Assembly (NCBI GenBank): GCA_951406725.2
Contig: OX597822.1
Span: 8,804,001-8,868,000 of the forward strand
Reading direction: 5' to 3'
Length of the DNA: 64,000 nt
Origin: Octopus vulgaris
Lineage: Eukaryota
Numbering within the stretch: the stretch's first letter is position 1; every line of letters begins with the position of its first letter. A program made the translations under genes and the position numbers. This document shows positions 1-12,629 of this stretch, in pieces. The notes beneath the pieces were generated by a model. That model was not told the origin of the DNA, did no database searches, and saw only the letters and a program-made list of their open reading frames with translations.

Positions 1-254
1 ATGAGTGTTGAATCATTAAGTCTTTGCGGTGTCTTCGTTGCATTATCCAAGGTGACCTTTAAGGGTCTTATACGTTGTTATAAATTTGTATTTTGTTGAA
101 TTATTTTTATTCACAGCAAAACCCATATGTTGTGTGCTTATATTTCCTCCGTGTAATGACCTGAATACTAGTCAGATGTGCCTCATAAAGGGTTTAATCA
201 ACATTGTAATGATGAGGATCATGATGATGATGATGGTTATCTCATGTCAAAACT

Positions 255-400
255 TCACATCTTTCAAATTCCGCCGAGGTCGACTTTGCTGTTCTTCTTT
301 CAGGGTTCATATATTGAGTACCATGAAACACTGGGGTCGATGAAATCGAATAGTCCTCTCCCACAAAAATTTCAGGCCTTGTGCCAGTAGCAGAAAGGTT
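255..400 (+). mobile_element. SINE fragment, type E (central domain gaggtcgactttgc...ggggtcgat)
   Basis: ttcaaattccgccgaggtcgactttgc...cactggggtcgatgaaatcga matches the reverse complement of 15090-15310. Confidence 0.7.
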
Positions 401-444
401 TGTTGTTGTTGTTATCATCACTATAATAATAATTATTATTATTA

Positions 445-753
445 AGTGATACAGAAATCATGCCATCACAATGACACTAGGATACGAAGCCCAATATACC
501 TATCAAGACTACACGTTGTTTGATAAGGGTACACCAGCACTTGCGTCACAACCGTATGTGCGCGACATGTTGATGTTTTATCAAGATAAACAGTGCATGA
601 TCGTGCAGGTGGGGTTCAGTTAGTATTTTCTTGTGGTTGAGTAGTCCATCCCACTCAAAAGATCCGTGAATAAGGTTTGTTTAAGAATGCTGAATAAAAC
701 ACCTATATTTCCAGAGGTGAATTATTCAAAACCCCAAATAATTTCTCTCAATA
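445..753 (-). mobile_element. Diverged partial copy of the (TAA)n-flanked non-coding element at 11602-12168
   Basis: Collinear with 11610-11920 (atgccatca...tacgaagcccaatatacc...gtgaattattcaaa...caatacatg). Confidence 0.75.
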
Positions 754-754
754 C

Positions 755-832
<78 letters not shown>

Positions 833-848
833 GTCGTCGTCGTCGTCG

Positions 849-909
<61 letters not shown>

Positions 910-910
910 A
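755..910. repeat. (GAT)n/(CAT)n/(CGT)n microsatellite with an inverted junction
   Basis: Seen directly: (gat)n switches to its complement (cat)n near 790. Confidence 0.95.
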
Positions 911-911
911 T

Positions 912-1925
912 GAAAACTCACATTTTTATTTGCTGGGTGTGATGGAAATTGTCAGTTGTCCACAGCCAGCAGACTAAGGTGACACTGTTTCAAGAACTCT
1001 TGAAGGTGACGCCTTCTGTTTCCCCATACTACGTCTTTGCTATTTGTAGGCCGTGGTTTCCACAGAGCTCCCAATGGATCATTCTTACCACATTGTCGTG
1101 GCGTCTTTTGAATTCGCGTTGTGCCAATTTCTGGCATTCACAAACGATGTGCCATACCATTTCACCCTTCACGCCACACATTCTGCATTTGTCGCTATCG
1201 GTAGTGTTGTCTATTCTGCTCTTCATATAGTTGGTCCGTAGCACTTGCTCTTGAGCTGCCCGTATGGGTGCTTCTGTCTCTATCTTCAGGTCACTCCTAC
1301 TCATCCATAGTCCTCTCTATTTGTCTTCGCGTTCACATTTCTTACAAACTGACCGTACATTTTCTTTTCTCTCTATGCTTTTCTTTTTTGCCTTTTTTAT
1401 TCATTTCTTGTTTAAATTGTTCTTTAGTTAAATAATTTTCAGTTTTGATGAGACTGGCCTTCTTCGTGTCTTTCAACAGTAGCTCCACAGTATTTTTATA
1501 TACCACACTAGAGTATTTTCCGTTGCTTCGATACATTCAAGTCACCTGGTTGAACCTCTTCTACTCTTCCTTCTGCACAAGTATAGCCTATCGGTGTCAC
1601 TCTAATAGAAGGCTCCATGTACTCCGTGTACTCTCAACATTATTCTGGTCTTGGTAACCATTTTCTTCATTTCTCTCTTTTGCAGTTTTATAATTCCCTC
1701 TCCATAACGAAGTGATGCTGTATGCCACGTATTAATTGCTTGAATTCCATTCTATCCAGTCGATTTCGAGCGCAGCACCAACATCAGCCTTCTGCAAAGT
1801 GGATAGACTCTTGGTGGAGATAAGAAGCTGTTTACTTCAGGCTGCAGTATTATGTTGTTCTTGCTTGCTCCATATCGTACCCCAGGAGAGTCGACTTTCA
1901 TCACCCTCTGGGACAAATTTTTCAG
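912..1925 (-). pseudogene. Degenerate RLE-type (R4/Dong-like) non-LTR retrotransposon, thumb/CCHC/RHD region
   Basis: ORF 1029-1304: QEQVLRTNY...CRMCG...HIVCEC...KRRHDNV, i.e. CCHC knuckle plus RHD motif; frameshifted flanks. Confidence 0.85.
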
Positions 1926-2039
1926 GTTTTTAATCATCATTGCTGATATTGCTTAATCCGTTTTTCAAACCTAGTTAGTTTTGCATTTCGTTTGCATGTA
2001 TGAGCTCTTCAGTTCTTCAATTACCGCATATAGGCAAAT

Positions 2040-2170
2040 GAGGCTGATAGAATAAGTACAAGGCTTACAAAAATAAGTACTGGGGTCGATTTCTTCAACT
2101 AAAACCCTTTAAACCGGTGCTCCAGCATGGCCACAATCAAGTAACTGAAGTAATGAAAAGAATAAAAGAA
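2040..2170 (+). mobile_element. SINE type A, 3' fragment
   Basis: gatagaataagtac...ggggtcgattt...ggtgctccagcatggccac...actgaa tail shared with full copies. Confidence 0.8.
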
Positions 2171-2231
2171 TATGCATGCATGTATGTATGTAAGCAGGTA
2201 CATTTGTTTATATATATATAGATATATATAG

Positions 2232-2319
<88 letters not shown>

Positions 2320-3358
2320 GAGTATCAAAGATGTACAGGTGTTAATTCGTCACGGCCGTTTCAAGTGGCGCTTGTAATTGATTAATGTAAGTTTTACATC
2401 AATTTGAAAGAAACAGTTCTCATCAGATGACCACATAGATTTTAAGTATAAGGCTGTAACCATTCTAAAAGCATATTTACAACAATAATGGAGCTCAAAA
2501 TATCTACATCGCTTCTCTTGTCATATCTTTAGCAGAATAAATTGGTTAAGCTTTTATCACGATCTTCTAAACTCATTGCTTATAAAAAAAACTTAATAGT
2601 TTTCCTTATATATTAAAGCATCCCATTATTAGGTTTTAAATCCCTCTCTATCCTTATTCTTTATTTTTCTCAATAAATTTGCTAAGTTATAATTTTCTCC
2701 CCCCCCCCCCCCAAATATCCTTCAACTATAATTCCCACCCTTGAAGCTTATATTATATATCTCTTTTGGTTTTTCATTATAATCCCCTTTAATTTGATAA
2801 TCCAAATAAGTATTGGCCACCACATTCATTCTTTCTTCCATTTTTCATCCCTTCCCCGTAAGGCATTCTCTACTTATAACTATGTTTTTGTAGATAATTC
2901 TAGCTGTATGGCTCCAGCACATTGATAGTGTACCAGATTGTCAGACATTAATTGATTTATCACTATTAACTAGAATATAGTTGACAACACTCAATGGATT
3001 TAATTCTAAACGGTTGAAGACTAAAAGTCTTTTAAATATAAGTAACTAGGTCAAAATTCCTTATTATTCTTGACACCCACAATTTCCTCTGCTGCTCTCT
3101 AAATTATAGTAATCTCGACGTGGTATGCATTATTTTCTATTCAATTCATTCTGCCACGGATATAACAATGTAAATAATATTGTAAGTTTCATCACTGATG
3201 TAAATATGCTTAAAATGGTTATATTCTTATGTTTAAAGTCTCTGCGGATATGTGACGAGAACGATTACTTTCAAACTGGTGAAATGTTTTCTTTAAGCAA
3301 TTAAATGAGCCGCATCAAACAGCCGTCATGAATTAACAACTGCACATCTTTATTACTC
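2320..3358 (-). mobile_element. Degenerate Penelope-like element with inverted pLTRs, next to (TA)n
   Basis: 2320-2515 is an inverted, diverged copy of 3160-3358; CTGATGA(-)/GTGACGA(+) hammerhead-like cores; interior reads NLVHYQC...YLFGLS on minus (GIY-YIG-like). Confidence 0.65.
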
Positions 3359-3611
3359 ACTTATATTCTGTTCCCCTAAATTGGAATCTGTACTTTGGAA
3401 ATACTATAGAAAGTACTTTTATAAAAGTAAATGACTCAGTTACCAATAGCGGATATCTCCACTTAGCTGGGTTGCGTTGTCTGCATACACAGCAGGAATA
3501 ACACACCTGCAAGGAGTCTTGATATCTAATATCCAATTAAGATTGTTTGAGTGTGCGGATTATGCCGAACTAGCAAGGTGCTTCAATTTAAGTATCTAAT
3601 TCAACTGAAAC

Positions 3612-3693
<82 letters not shown>

Positions 3694-3713
3694 AGAAGGA
3701 ACAAAAGAGCATA

Positions 3714-3747
<34 letters not shown>

Positions 3748-3764
3748 AGAAAGAACAAAAGAGC

Positions 3765-3817
<53 letters not shown>

Positions 3818-4151
3818 CATATACGTAATGTGCTGGAAGCAAAAGTTTCATAACTCACCTCATTGTTTGTGCTTGTGCACAGTATGCGTCTATACATAGG
3901 AGTGTGTGTTTGCGCGTTAATATGTACAAATAAACACAAATATATCTCTTCCCGTTTATCTGTCGCATTCTTCTTCTGTACACACACACATACACACACT
4001 CTGACAATAACATACATATATGTCTGCGCATGTGTAAGACTATGTATTGTCCCTGTATGTGATCGTATTCTAGAAATAGTTCCGCAGCGATATTCTTAAA
4101 ATCTACTTAAGATTTCACTTATGAGTATGGTAACAATAATAAGAAGCAGAA

Positions 4152-4224
<73 letters not shown>

Positions 4225-4229
4225 AAATT

Positions 4230-4515
4230 CGAGAGACATGACAGTTTAGCGTGGGAAGTTAAGTAGTCGTGGTCAATGAAAAGGGTAGCAGTAGTAACAA
4301 TAATTGGTTAAGAGCGAGCAAAAATCTCGAGAAATATATGGAACAAATAGGTGTTGCAATATGGGAGGAGCCCTTGCAGAAAACAGCACTGCTTGGAACC
4401 GCTCGGATACTGCGGAAGGTGCTCGAACAATTAGGAGTGTTACGTTAGTTCACTGCTAGGGACCAACCGACACCGTAGTACATCTCCAGCGTTAGAAGCT
4501 GTGCAAAGGCAAGGA
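4230..4515 (+). pseudogene. 3' end of an RLE-type LINE
   Basis: Translates LQKTALLGTARILRKVLE, a typical RLE C-terminus; follows a (GAAA)n tract. Confidence 0.8.
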
Positions 4516-4607
4516 TAATAGAAAATATATATATATATAAATACCTACCTATCTACGTATGGATGTTTGTATGTATGCATGGATATATACATATATATAT
4601 ATTTATT

Positions 4608-4638
<31 letters not shown>

Positions 4639-5440
4639 GTATATGTATATATGTATATATATACATATACATATACTGTATATATATGTATGTATATATG
4701 TATGTATACGTTTCTATCTATGTATAAATATATATGCTTGTGCTTGTGCATGTATGCGTGTATATATGTATGTATTATGTATGTATATGTATATGTATAT
4801 GTATCAGTGTATGCGTGTTTGTTAGTGTGTGATCTTTATTCGTAACGTCCATTTTCTATTGCTATATTTACTAAATTTAAAGTTATAATTTATTTATATC
4901 TTCATTACAAAGTGACTGAATTCAGTGATGATTTATGATCATTAATAATGAAACAACGGTAAAAGAAAGAAATCTAAACGAGAATTTATATGGCCCTATC
5001 AAAATGAGTCCAGTGATAAAAAGAAAATATTTTTAGCTCAAGCCAAAATCATTATTGCCGTCACCATAAATAAACGTTCGCTTTACTTTTCCTAAATAGC
5101 ATTTGGCGTGCAGAGGATATTGTAATTTAACCATAATTTCTCATCTAATTTTTGTTTTCATATTTATCTAACTGTCTATCTATTTATCTATCTATCTTCC
5201 ACCCTCTCAATCTCCCCATATATATGCATATATATATATATAACAATATGCCTATAAATATAAATGTGTGTTTGTGTATGTAACTCATATATATATAAAT
5301 ATATATATATTCATATTTATATGTAGATTTATATATATGTATATATATATATTCACATATATATATATACATTTATTATTATTATTATCATCATCATCAT
5401 TATTATTATTATTATATTATCATCATCATTATCATCATCC

Positions 5441-5477
<37 letters not shown>

Positions 5478-5518
5478 CGTCATCATTATTATTGTTATCA
5501 TTATTATTATTATTATTC

Positions 5519-5860
5519 AGTAGTCTTATTTTTATCACGTGCGTTCACTGCACTACGAGCGCAGTTCTGTGCGCCTTGGCTATACGCTCTGGTTTGTAGT
5601 GGTGCTCTTATTTTCTCTGTATTGAATGTGCTTTGCCTTGGATGCGTGCAGTGCATAGTAGTGCAATTTTCCATATGTTGCATGCACTTGTAAGTCCTGG
5701 TATTTTGGTTAAGTATTTGACTGAATATTTTTTTTAATTTACCTTACTATTAGAAGAATCGCTTTTATTTTTAGGCGCCACATTCGGATTACCTCTATTT
5801 CCAAATCTTTGTATTTTTTCATCATTATTATAATTACTAGTGGAAAGACCACTCTCCGGG
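5519..5860 (-). pseudogene. Diverged 3' end of the R4/Dong-like LINE family seen at 9720-11493
   Basis: Collinear with 9720-10060 (cagtagt...gcgttcac...gagcgcag...gtaagtcctgg); ends in (TAA)n. Confidence 0.8.
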
Positions 5861-6713
5861 CGGTTTTCTGCGAGCCACTGGATAATACATCCGCATTTGA
5901 TTCCCAGTTCTAATAATTTGTTTTTGATATTTTACGTTTAATTATTTCTCAGTATAATATTCCCCACTTGCTTAGTAAATATTGCTTTCATTATTTTATC
6001 ACAGTCATAATCTCACTGTTTTAAACAAATATCAAGGTAGTTCAACTAAAATTAGTGTGCAAAAAAAATAGATCACATAGAGCTATTTTTATATCGACAG
6101 CGTTTCAAATAGCTATAGTAAAGAATTCACTTGATAATTCTTAGATAACGACAGTAAAGAAATAAGTCACATGAGGTCGAAGCCCTCAGTAAGTTTTAAT
6201 AACTTGTCGAATATAACGTTTTTACAGTTTGTATAAACAATAAACTACACAGCGAATTCATGTCAACAAAATACCTGATTTCCTCATCTGACATAGCGAA
6301 ATAAAATTTGGAATGAAAAAATTGCATTGAATATATATTAAATAAATAATTATTAATGAAAACAATTAGACGCGGGAGAGTGAGAGGGAGAGACTGTTGC
6401 AAATGAAATCGAAAGATTTCGTCAGAACGTATTAATATTGTTTATCAAATGTTAAAATATACTCTTCAATGAAAGTAATACTTGGCAACGAATATCTAAA
6501 TTTGTGATTGACGCTTCGAAACTGTGTTTTTATCAATATATATTAACAGAGGAATTTATAAAAAAATTTCTAGAGAGTCACACCCTTATTATGTCTATTA
6601 TGAAGGGTGTCACTAACTTAACAAACGGACATCACAGGAATTTATAAGTAGCTATGTAGCTGAGTCAATCTCTTATATATATTTATCCTTAGTAATTGGT
6701 AGAACTTACATAG

Positions 6714-6764
<51 letters not shown>

Positions 6765-6768
<4 letters not shown>

Positions 6769-6995
6769 TTATATAGAGGGCATTATTACACATAGATGCC
6801 GCACGCTAGGAGGGACTTTTAAAGTCAAAAATACCAAAATAAAGTAGTTTTGACTTTAAAAGTCCCTCCTAGCGTGCGGCATTTATGTGTAATAATTCCC
6901 TCTATATAATATAAATAATTTTTTTCTCTTATGAGGTTTTTCACGCTAACTACCTGATAATTCCTTATGAAGATTCTATCATATTGTTAAATTTT
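6765..6995 (+). mobile_element. Fold-back element (about 68-bp arms, 6765-6913) with a unique tail, between (TA)n tracts
   Basis: ...gccgcacgctaggagggacttttaaagtcaaaa pairs with ttttgactttaaaagtccctcctagcgtgcggc... Confidence 0.8.
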
Positions 6996-7249
6996 ATATA
7001 TATATATATATATATATAGGGAGAGAGACAGACAGACAGACAGACAGAGACAGAGAGAGACACACACACACAAAAGTGTTGTTCTGTGAGACGCGTAGGA
7101 TTGGTGTTTCCTTACTTTTACAAATATACCCAAAATTTTAAATTATCTAATATAACGATATCATTCATCCGGCATGTGTTGAAATATGCCAAAACAATTT
7201 AATTCTTCACAAATATATGTAACTTTATATATTATTCATGTATTTATTC

Positions 7250-8480
7250 CAAAAAGCATATTCTGCTTTAAAGTAGTATATCCTTGTAGACACAATTGTC
7301 AGGAATCATACTGTTCCTATTTCTCTCAGCCAATATTTTTACATTAGCTTTTTTCGAACTCTAAATAATGCCTCATACAGCTGACCACGTGAGAAGAATT
7401 GTGTCGGATGATATATTCCAATTTGTTCATAAGTCTGTCCGTATGTCTGGTTACACGTTAAGGCAAAAGCTGGCTAGACAGGAAATGGTTTGCATATAAA
7501 TGTGAATGGAAATTCCATTTCTTGTGATACATGTCGTATTCTTGGGATTAGCAATGCTGATTCAGCATAAGGAAAAGACGGAACCTCAGCCTCAATAACA
7601 TGATCATGTAAACTGACAATGATATCTCACTGCTTGAATTTCTATGTCGCAGACGATTGCCAAGTTCCTTATCTCTATAATAGAAGTAGATTTGAGCAAA
7701 TTTTGGATTTTTGTCATTGGGAATTAACGATCCAGTTATGTGATGAACTCTTCCCTGCACCTTAAATGTAGGACTAAATCCTGGGGCTCTGATTTCTCTG
7801 TAACCCAGAGAAGTAAATGTCAATGCATTGTTAAAGGAACGTATATTTTGCAGGAAATTGTTTCCTGTTTGTGTAACATAGAAGTATCTATGCATATTTG
7901 GTGGCGAGGGCAGTTTGTCAAGTTTTACCTTCCCTTCAAAACTACACAGAGATTTCAATTCAGCATACTGTAAGCTTTGCAGTATGAACATTGTCAAAGA
8001 GACTGCCTGCATTATTTGGTTGTACAATAGACACGACAGCCTGTTCTTGAAACTATCGAAACTGGCTTTCGTTGCTTATCCTTTAATTGAATTCTTCCTA
8101 GTTTGGAAATGTTTTCGTCTGTACTCCTGTAAATATCAAGTTTCGTCTCGCAGCACCCGCTTTCTTGGCACTGGTGTTTCTCTTTGTACCTCTCTGATGA
8201 TTGGAAGGCTTCCCATTTGTAGTAATTGTCAATAGGCAGCTGAACAGTCACAGACGGTGAAAGCTGACTCAATTTCTTATTTTGAAGTAGAATATTCTCT
8301 CGAACCAATCGGTTATGTGTAGCGGAAGCAGAATCATCTCTACGTTACGTGCATATTCAGACATTTATTTCAGTCGCTTTGCCCTGGTTTCATCTCATTC
8401 CCGTCTTTCTCTCTGCCGTCGTGCCTTTGCTGCTAAATTTTCGTTTTCAGTTGCATGGTGTTTTGGACGCCCCATGTTCA
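7250..8480 (-). mobile_element. Internally deleted Helitron Rep/Hel pseudogene
   Basis: 7548-8027: GKVKL..LP...FLQNIRSFNNALTFTSLG...FKVQGRVHH..GSL.P...PKFAQIY (Rep N-terminus); 7355-7500: FPV*PAFALT.NQTYGQT...FSRGQLYEAL.RV (Pif1 helicase C-terminal motifs). Confidence 0.85.
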
Positions 8481-9505
8481 ATTGCAAAATTCTAATGTAA
8501 GATTTGTGTAATAACGAAATCAAACCTGCAGTGTGAGTATGTTTATATAACAGAGACATTGCATGTGTTTATATTAGAGACACAGCGTGTGCGTGTGAGA
8601 AAAGAGAACATTAGAAACAATGAATGAAATAAGTATGAAATGGAAAGATTGTATAAAGCTTGTTAAAAACTATCTTGTACCAAATATTTGCATTTGTAAA
8701 CTTGAAATATTCGATAATAAAAGGAGGTTCAGAAGGTAAATTTTCCTGGAAACTTCAGTTTATACAAAATCTTACTTGAAAGTAAATATTTCTTTCAGTA
8801 ATTTATCATAGTTGTAATATTTCTCTAATTTAAGCCGTGTTCAAGCTACCTCAACTACATTTAGCGTGCTAGAAATAGCAGTGATCATATAGTTATTATG
8901 GTGAGGCATATAGCCATACCAGCAAAACCACTTCTTAATTTTTTAAAAATAATACTGGTATATTAACAGAATTTCATTTTACCAAAAATATGCATTTAAC
9001 AAATTTTGAAAACTGATATTATTCTTGAAATTGTGTCTCGTATCAGAAGCCTCCAAGTTATCCAGCTATTTTCTCTCATATCATCGATTCATTCAATAAG
9101 TATTTTTTTTTTACATTAGTTAAAAACTGGGATTTGCAAATAACGACTTGAAACTTGAAATGAAAACATTGAAATAAATATATATTAAATTAATGACAAC
9201 AGAGGCAAGAGAGAGTGTGAGGCTATTGCATATGCAAATGGAAAATTTCGCCAGCAAAGAATTTCATATTGTTTTTCAACATTAAAATCTACTCCGCATT
9301 GAAAGCAATGAATATTTAAATTTATGAAAAACTTATTGCTCAAATATTCAAGAACATTCAGAAATCGAAATTATAGGAAATTTCTTGGAACATGAATTTA
9401 AAAACAAATATCCAGATGGTCAAGACTTTAATAATAGTTTTCTTTTAGCAAGTGTTACATACCTGATTAAGAAGCAGCTTTCTCCATTATAATATAGGTT
9501 ATTAA

Positions 9506-9606
<101 letters not shown>

Positions 9607-9719
9607 TCGTTTGATTGATTGATTGATTCTAGTTTCAGCTCATGAGGTGTGGCCATGCTGGGGCACCGCCATTTAGACCAAATGGCGTTATTAATATTAT
9701 TTTTATTATTATTATTATT

Positions 9720-11493
9720 CAGTAGTTTTATTTTTATAGCGTGCGTTCACTTCACTACCGAGCGCAGCTCTGTGTGCCTTGGGTGTGTGCTGTGATTTGT
9801 TGTGATTCTCTGATGGTTATTGTATGGAAAGTGTTCTACGTAGGATGTGTTCAGTGCCTAGTAGTGTAATTTTCTGTATGTTATATGTGTTTGTAAGTCC
9901 TGGTGTTTTTGTTATGTATTTGTCTGAATATTTTTTTATCATGCCTAATGCACCTACTATGATAGGAATTGTTTCTGTTTTTAGATTCTGGTTACCTCTA
10001 TTTCCAGGTCTTTGTATTTTGAAAGTTTATCCATTTCTTTTAGAGACACGTTGTCATCTGCCGGTATTGATACATCAATTAGAAAGCATTTTTTTCTTCA
10101 TGATCTCTGACAACTATATCTGGTCTGTTGGCCTTAATTTCTCTATCTGTGTGTATCGGCATATCCCAGAGTATGGTTGCTTTCTCGTTTTCTGTGACTT
10201 TTTCTGGTGTGTGCCTATACCAACTTTTTTCTGTTGTTGTTCCATAATGTTGGCATAGATTCCAGTGTCTGTAGGTTCCAACTCTGTCATGTCTGTGAAT
10301 ATATTCCTTCTTAGCCAGGACTGGGCAGCTAGAGATAATATGATTTATTGTTTCTTGTCCATCTCCACATATTCTGCAGTTACTTGTAATATTTCTTTTC
10401 ATTACATGTTTTTGGTAATTTCTGGTGGGGAGGCTTTGGTCTTGTGCTGCAATTAAAAATCCCTCTGTCTCTGCTTTGAGTCCTGAGCTTCTCAACCATT
10501 GCTGGGATTTTTCTTTGTCTATTTCTTTTGCGTTTAGTTTAGTCCAGTATTTACCATGAAGGGGCTTTTCTTGCCATCGTTTTATCATGGTTCTTTGCTG
10601 TTCTAGTTTTAGTTTGGATTTCATTTGTTTTATAGCTTTTGCTGTTTCTTCATCTTCTTCTTCTTCATATTTATTAGGTGGTATGATTTCTTGTTTGTAT
10701 TTGTCAGCTTCTTTAAATACTGAGAACAGTTTTTTGTTTTGCTCGTGTTTTGCCGCTATTTGTATCAGTTTTCCTTCCTTCTGAAGTAGATATTTTTGCA
10801 GTCCTATGGTGGTTATTTTATAGTAGTTTTCCAGCTGTATAAGGCCTCTACTACCTTCTATACGTTGTATATATAGTCTTTCTATGTCAGATATTGGGTG
10901 ATGCATCCAGGATCCTGTCATTATTTTTCTTGTTTTCCTATCTATTTTGGTCAGTTCATTTAGTGTCCAGTTAAGGATATTGTAGTTGTAACTTATAACT
11001 GGGACGGCTAAAGTATTAATACCTATTATCTTGTTTTTAGCATTGAGCTCTGTTTTTAGTATTGATGTAACTCGTCTATAATATTCTTTTTTTATTGTCT
11101 CCTTCATTTGTGTGTGTTGTGTCTTATCTAGTTCATGGATTCCTAAGTATTTGTAAGTTTGGCTTTGGTCTAATTCTTTTATTTCATTGGTTTTATCTAG
11201 TGCGATGTAGCTACTCTTAACTAGTTTTCCTCTTTTCAGGGCTACTTTGGCGCATTTTTCTAATCCAAATTTCATATCTATTTCTTTGGTAAATCCATGA
11301 ACTGTCTTTAATAGTGTTTCCAGCTGTTTGTCATTTGCAGCGTATAGTTTTAGGTCATCCATATATAAAAGGTGGCTGATCGTTTTGCCGTAACATTTAT
11401 ATCCGCATCCAGTTCTATTTAGCATATCAGATAGAGGTGACAGTGCCAAGCAGAAAAGGAGTGGAGAGAGCGTGTCTCCCTGGAATATTCCTC
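9720..11493 (-). mobile_element. 5'-truncated RLE-type non-LTR retrotransposon (R4/Dong-like) in (TAA)n
   Basis: GIFQGDTLSPLLF, HLLYMDDLKLY, CRIC...HIISSC, RHD, RPDIVV, then after a frameshift IDVSIP...EMDKLSKY; 3' end in (TAA)n. Confidence 0.95.
10079..11449 (-). CDS. Partial reverse transcriptase / CCHC / RLE ORF of the above LINE (no true start codon)
   Basis: 456-aa open frame with YMDD, CCHC, RHD and PD motifs. Confidence 0.85.
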   Translation of the reverse strand: MALSPLSDMLNRTGCGYKCYGKTISHLLYMDDLKLYAANDKQLETLLKTVHGFTKEIDMKFGLEKCAKVALKRGKLVKSSYIALDKTNEIKELDQSQTYKYLGIHELDKTQHTQMKETIKKEYYRRVTSILKTELNAKNKIIGINTLAVPVISYNYNILNWTLNELTKIDRKTRKIMTGSWMHHPISDIERLYIQRIEGSRGLIQLENYYKITTIGLQKYLLQKEGKLIQIAAKHEQNKKLFSVFKEADKYKQEIIPPNKYEEEEDEETAKAIKQMKSKLKLEQQRTMIKRWQEKPLHGKYWTKLNAKEIDKEKSQQWLRSSGLKAETEGFLIAAQDQSLPTRNYQKHVMKRNITSNCRICGDGQETINHIISSCPVLAKKEYIHRHDRVGTYRHWNLCQHYGTTTEKSWYRHTPEKVTENEKATILWDMPIHTDREIKANRPDIVVRDHEEKNAF

Positions 11494-11510
11494 TTCTTCT
11501 TCTTCTTCTT

Positions 11511-11601
<91 letters not shown>

Positions 11602-11603
<2 letters not shown>

Positions 11604-12168
11604 GAGTGAGAGAGCAGTGCATGCCATCAAAGTGACACTGGGGTAAAATATACGAAGCCCAATATACCCATCATGACTACCCGTCTGATAAAGGTACACC
11701 AGGCACATGCATCACAACCATATGTGCGCGACATGGTGATCTCATATCAAGATAAACAGCACATGACCTTGCAGGTGGGGCCCAGTTAGAAATTTCTTCA
11801 GGTTGAGTAGCCCATCCCGCTCAAAAGGTCCCTGAATAAGGGTTGTTTAAGGATGTTGAACAAAACACCCATGTTTCCAGAGATGAATTATTCAAACCCC
11901 AAAGAATCCCTCTCAACACATGGCTATGATGCTCCCCCACTACTTCTGCTCGTGATCAGAGATGCACATATCGTCAGCCACTAAGGGACATGCTCAACTG
12001 GTTATGGTCAAACAACTGACAAGCAAATCTGTGGTATTGAGCAGAATATTTGCTGTAGCCCATCTTTTATACCAAGACAAAACAATGTACATGATGACAC
12101 TTCCAATCAGTTAAGATCAGAAGCCATGAGATCCACTGCCTGGTACTGCATCAGGGCTGCATCAGGGC
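11602..12168 (-). mobile_element. About 565-bp non-coding retroelement flanked by (TAA)n on both sides
   Basis: Second copy at 445-753; ends ...ctctctcactcaataataa on minus; no ORF and no recognisable tRNA head. Confidence 0.7.
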
Positions 12169-12220
<52 letters not shown>

Positions 12221-12252
12221 GATATTAATATTATTATTATTATTATTATTGA

Positions 12253-12315
<63 letters not shown>

Positions 12316-12629
12316 TGTTGCTAAATCTCACTGAAGTAAAAGCGTAACGTCCCTAAAATCATGTGTACATTGCATAATCGAGACTTAACATAATTATTTT
12401 TAGAATTAAAACAGACGTTTGCATTTCTAATGCCTTTGATATTACTTTTGCATGATAATGGCTCACACGGATCTGTTTTTTTTATTTATTTCTTTGTTTT
12501 ACCCATTTATTTATTTCATTTATTTGTTTATTTGACTTGTTAAAATTTACTGTCATCTGTCAAAAGAATTTGCTTTAGAAATTGTGGTACAGAAATGGGT
12601 AAGAAATAATTTTCATTATTTAAAAACAA

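Noticed and set aside
9824-10258. 144-aa hydrophobic ORF
   Set aside because: Antisense of the LINE endonuclease region
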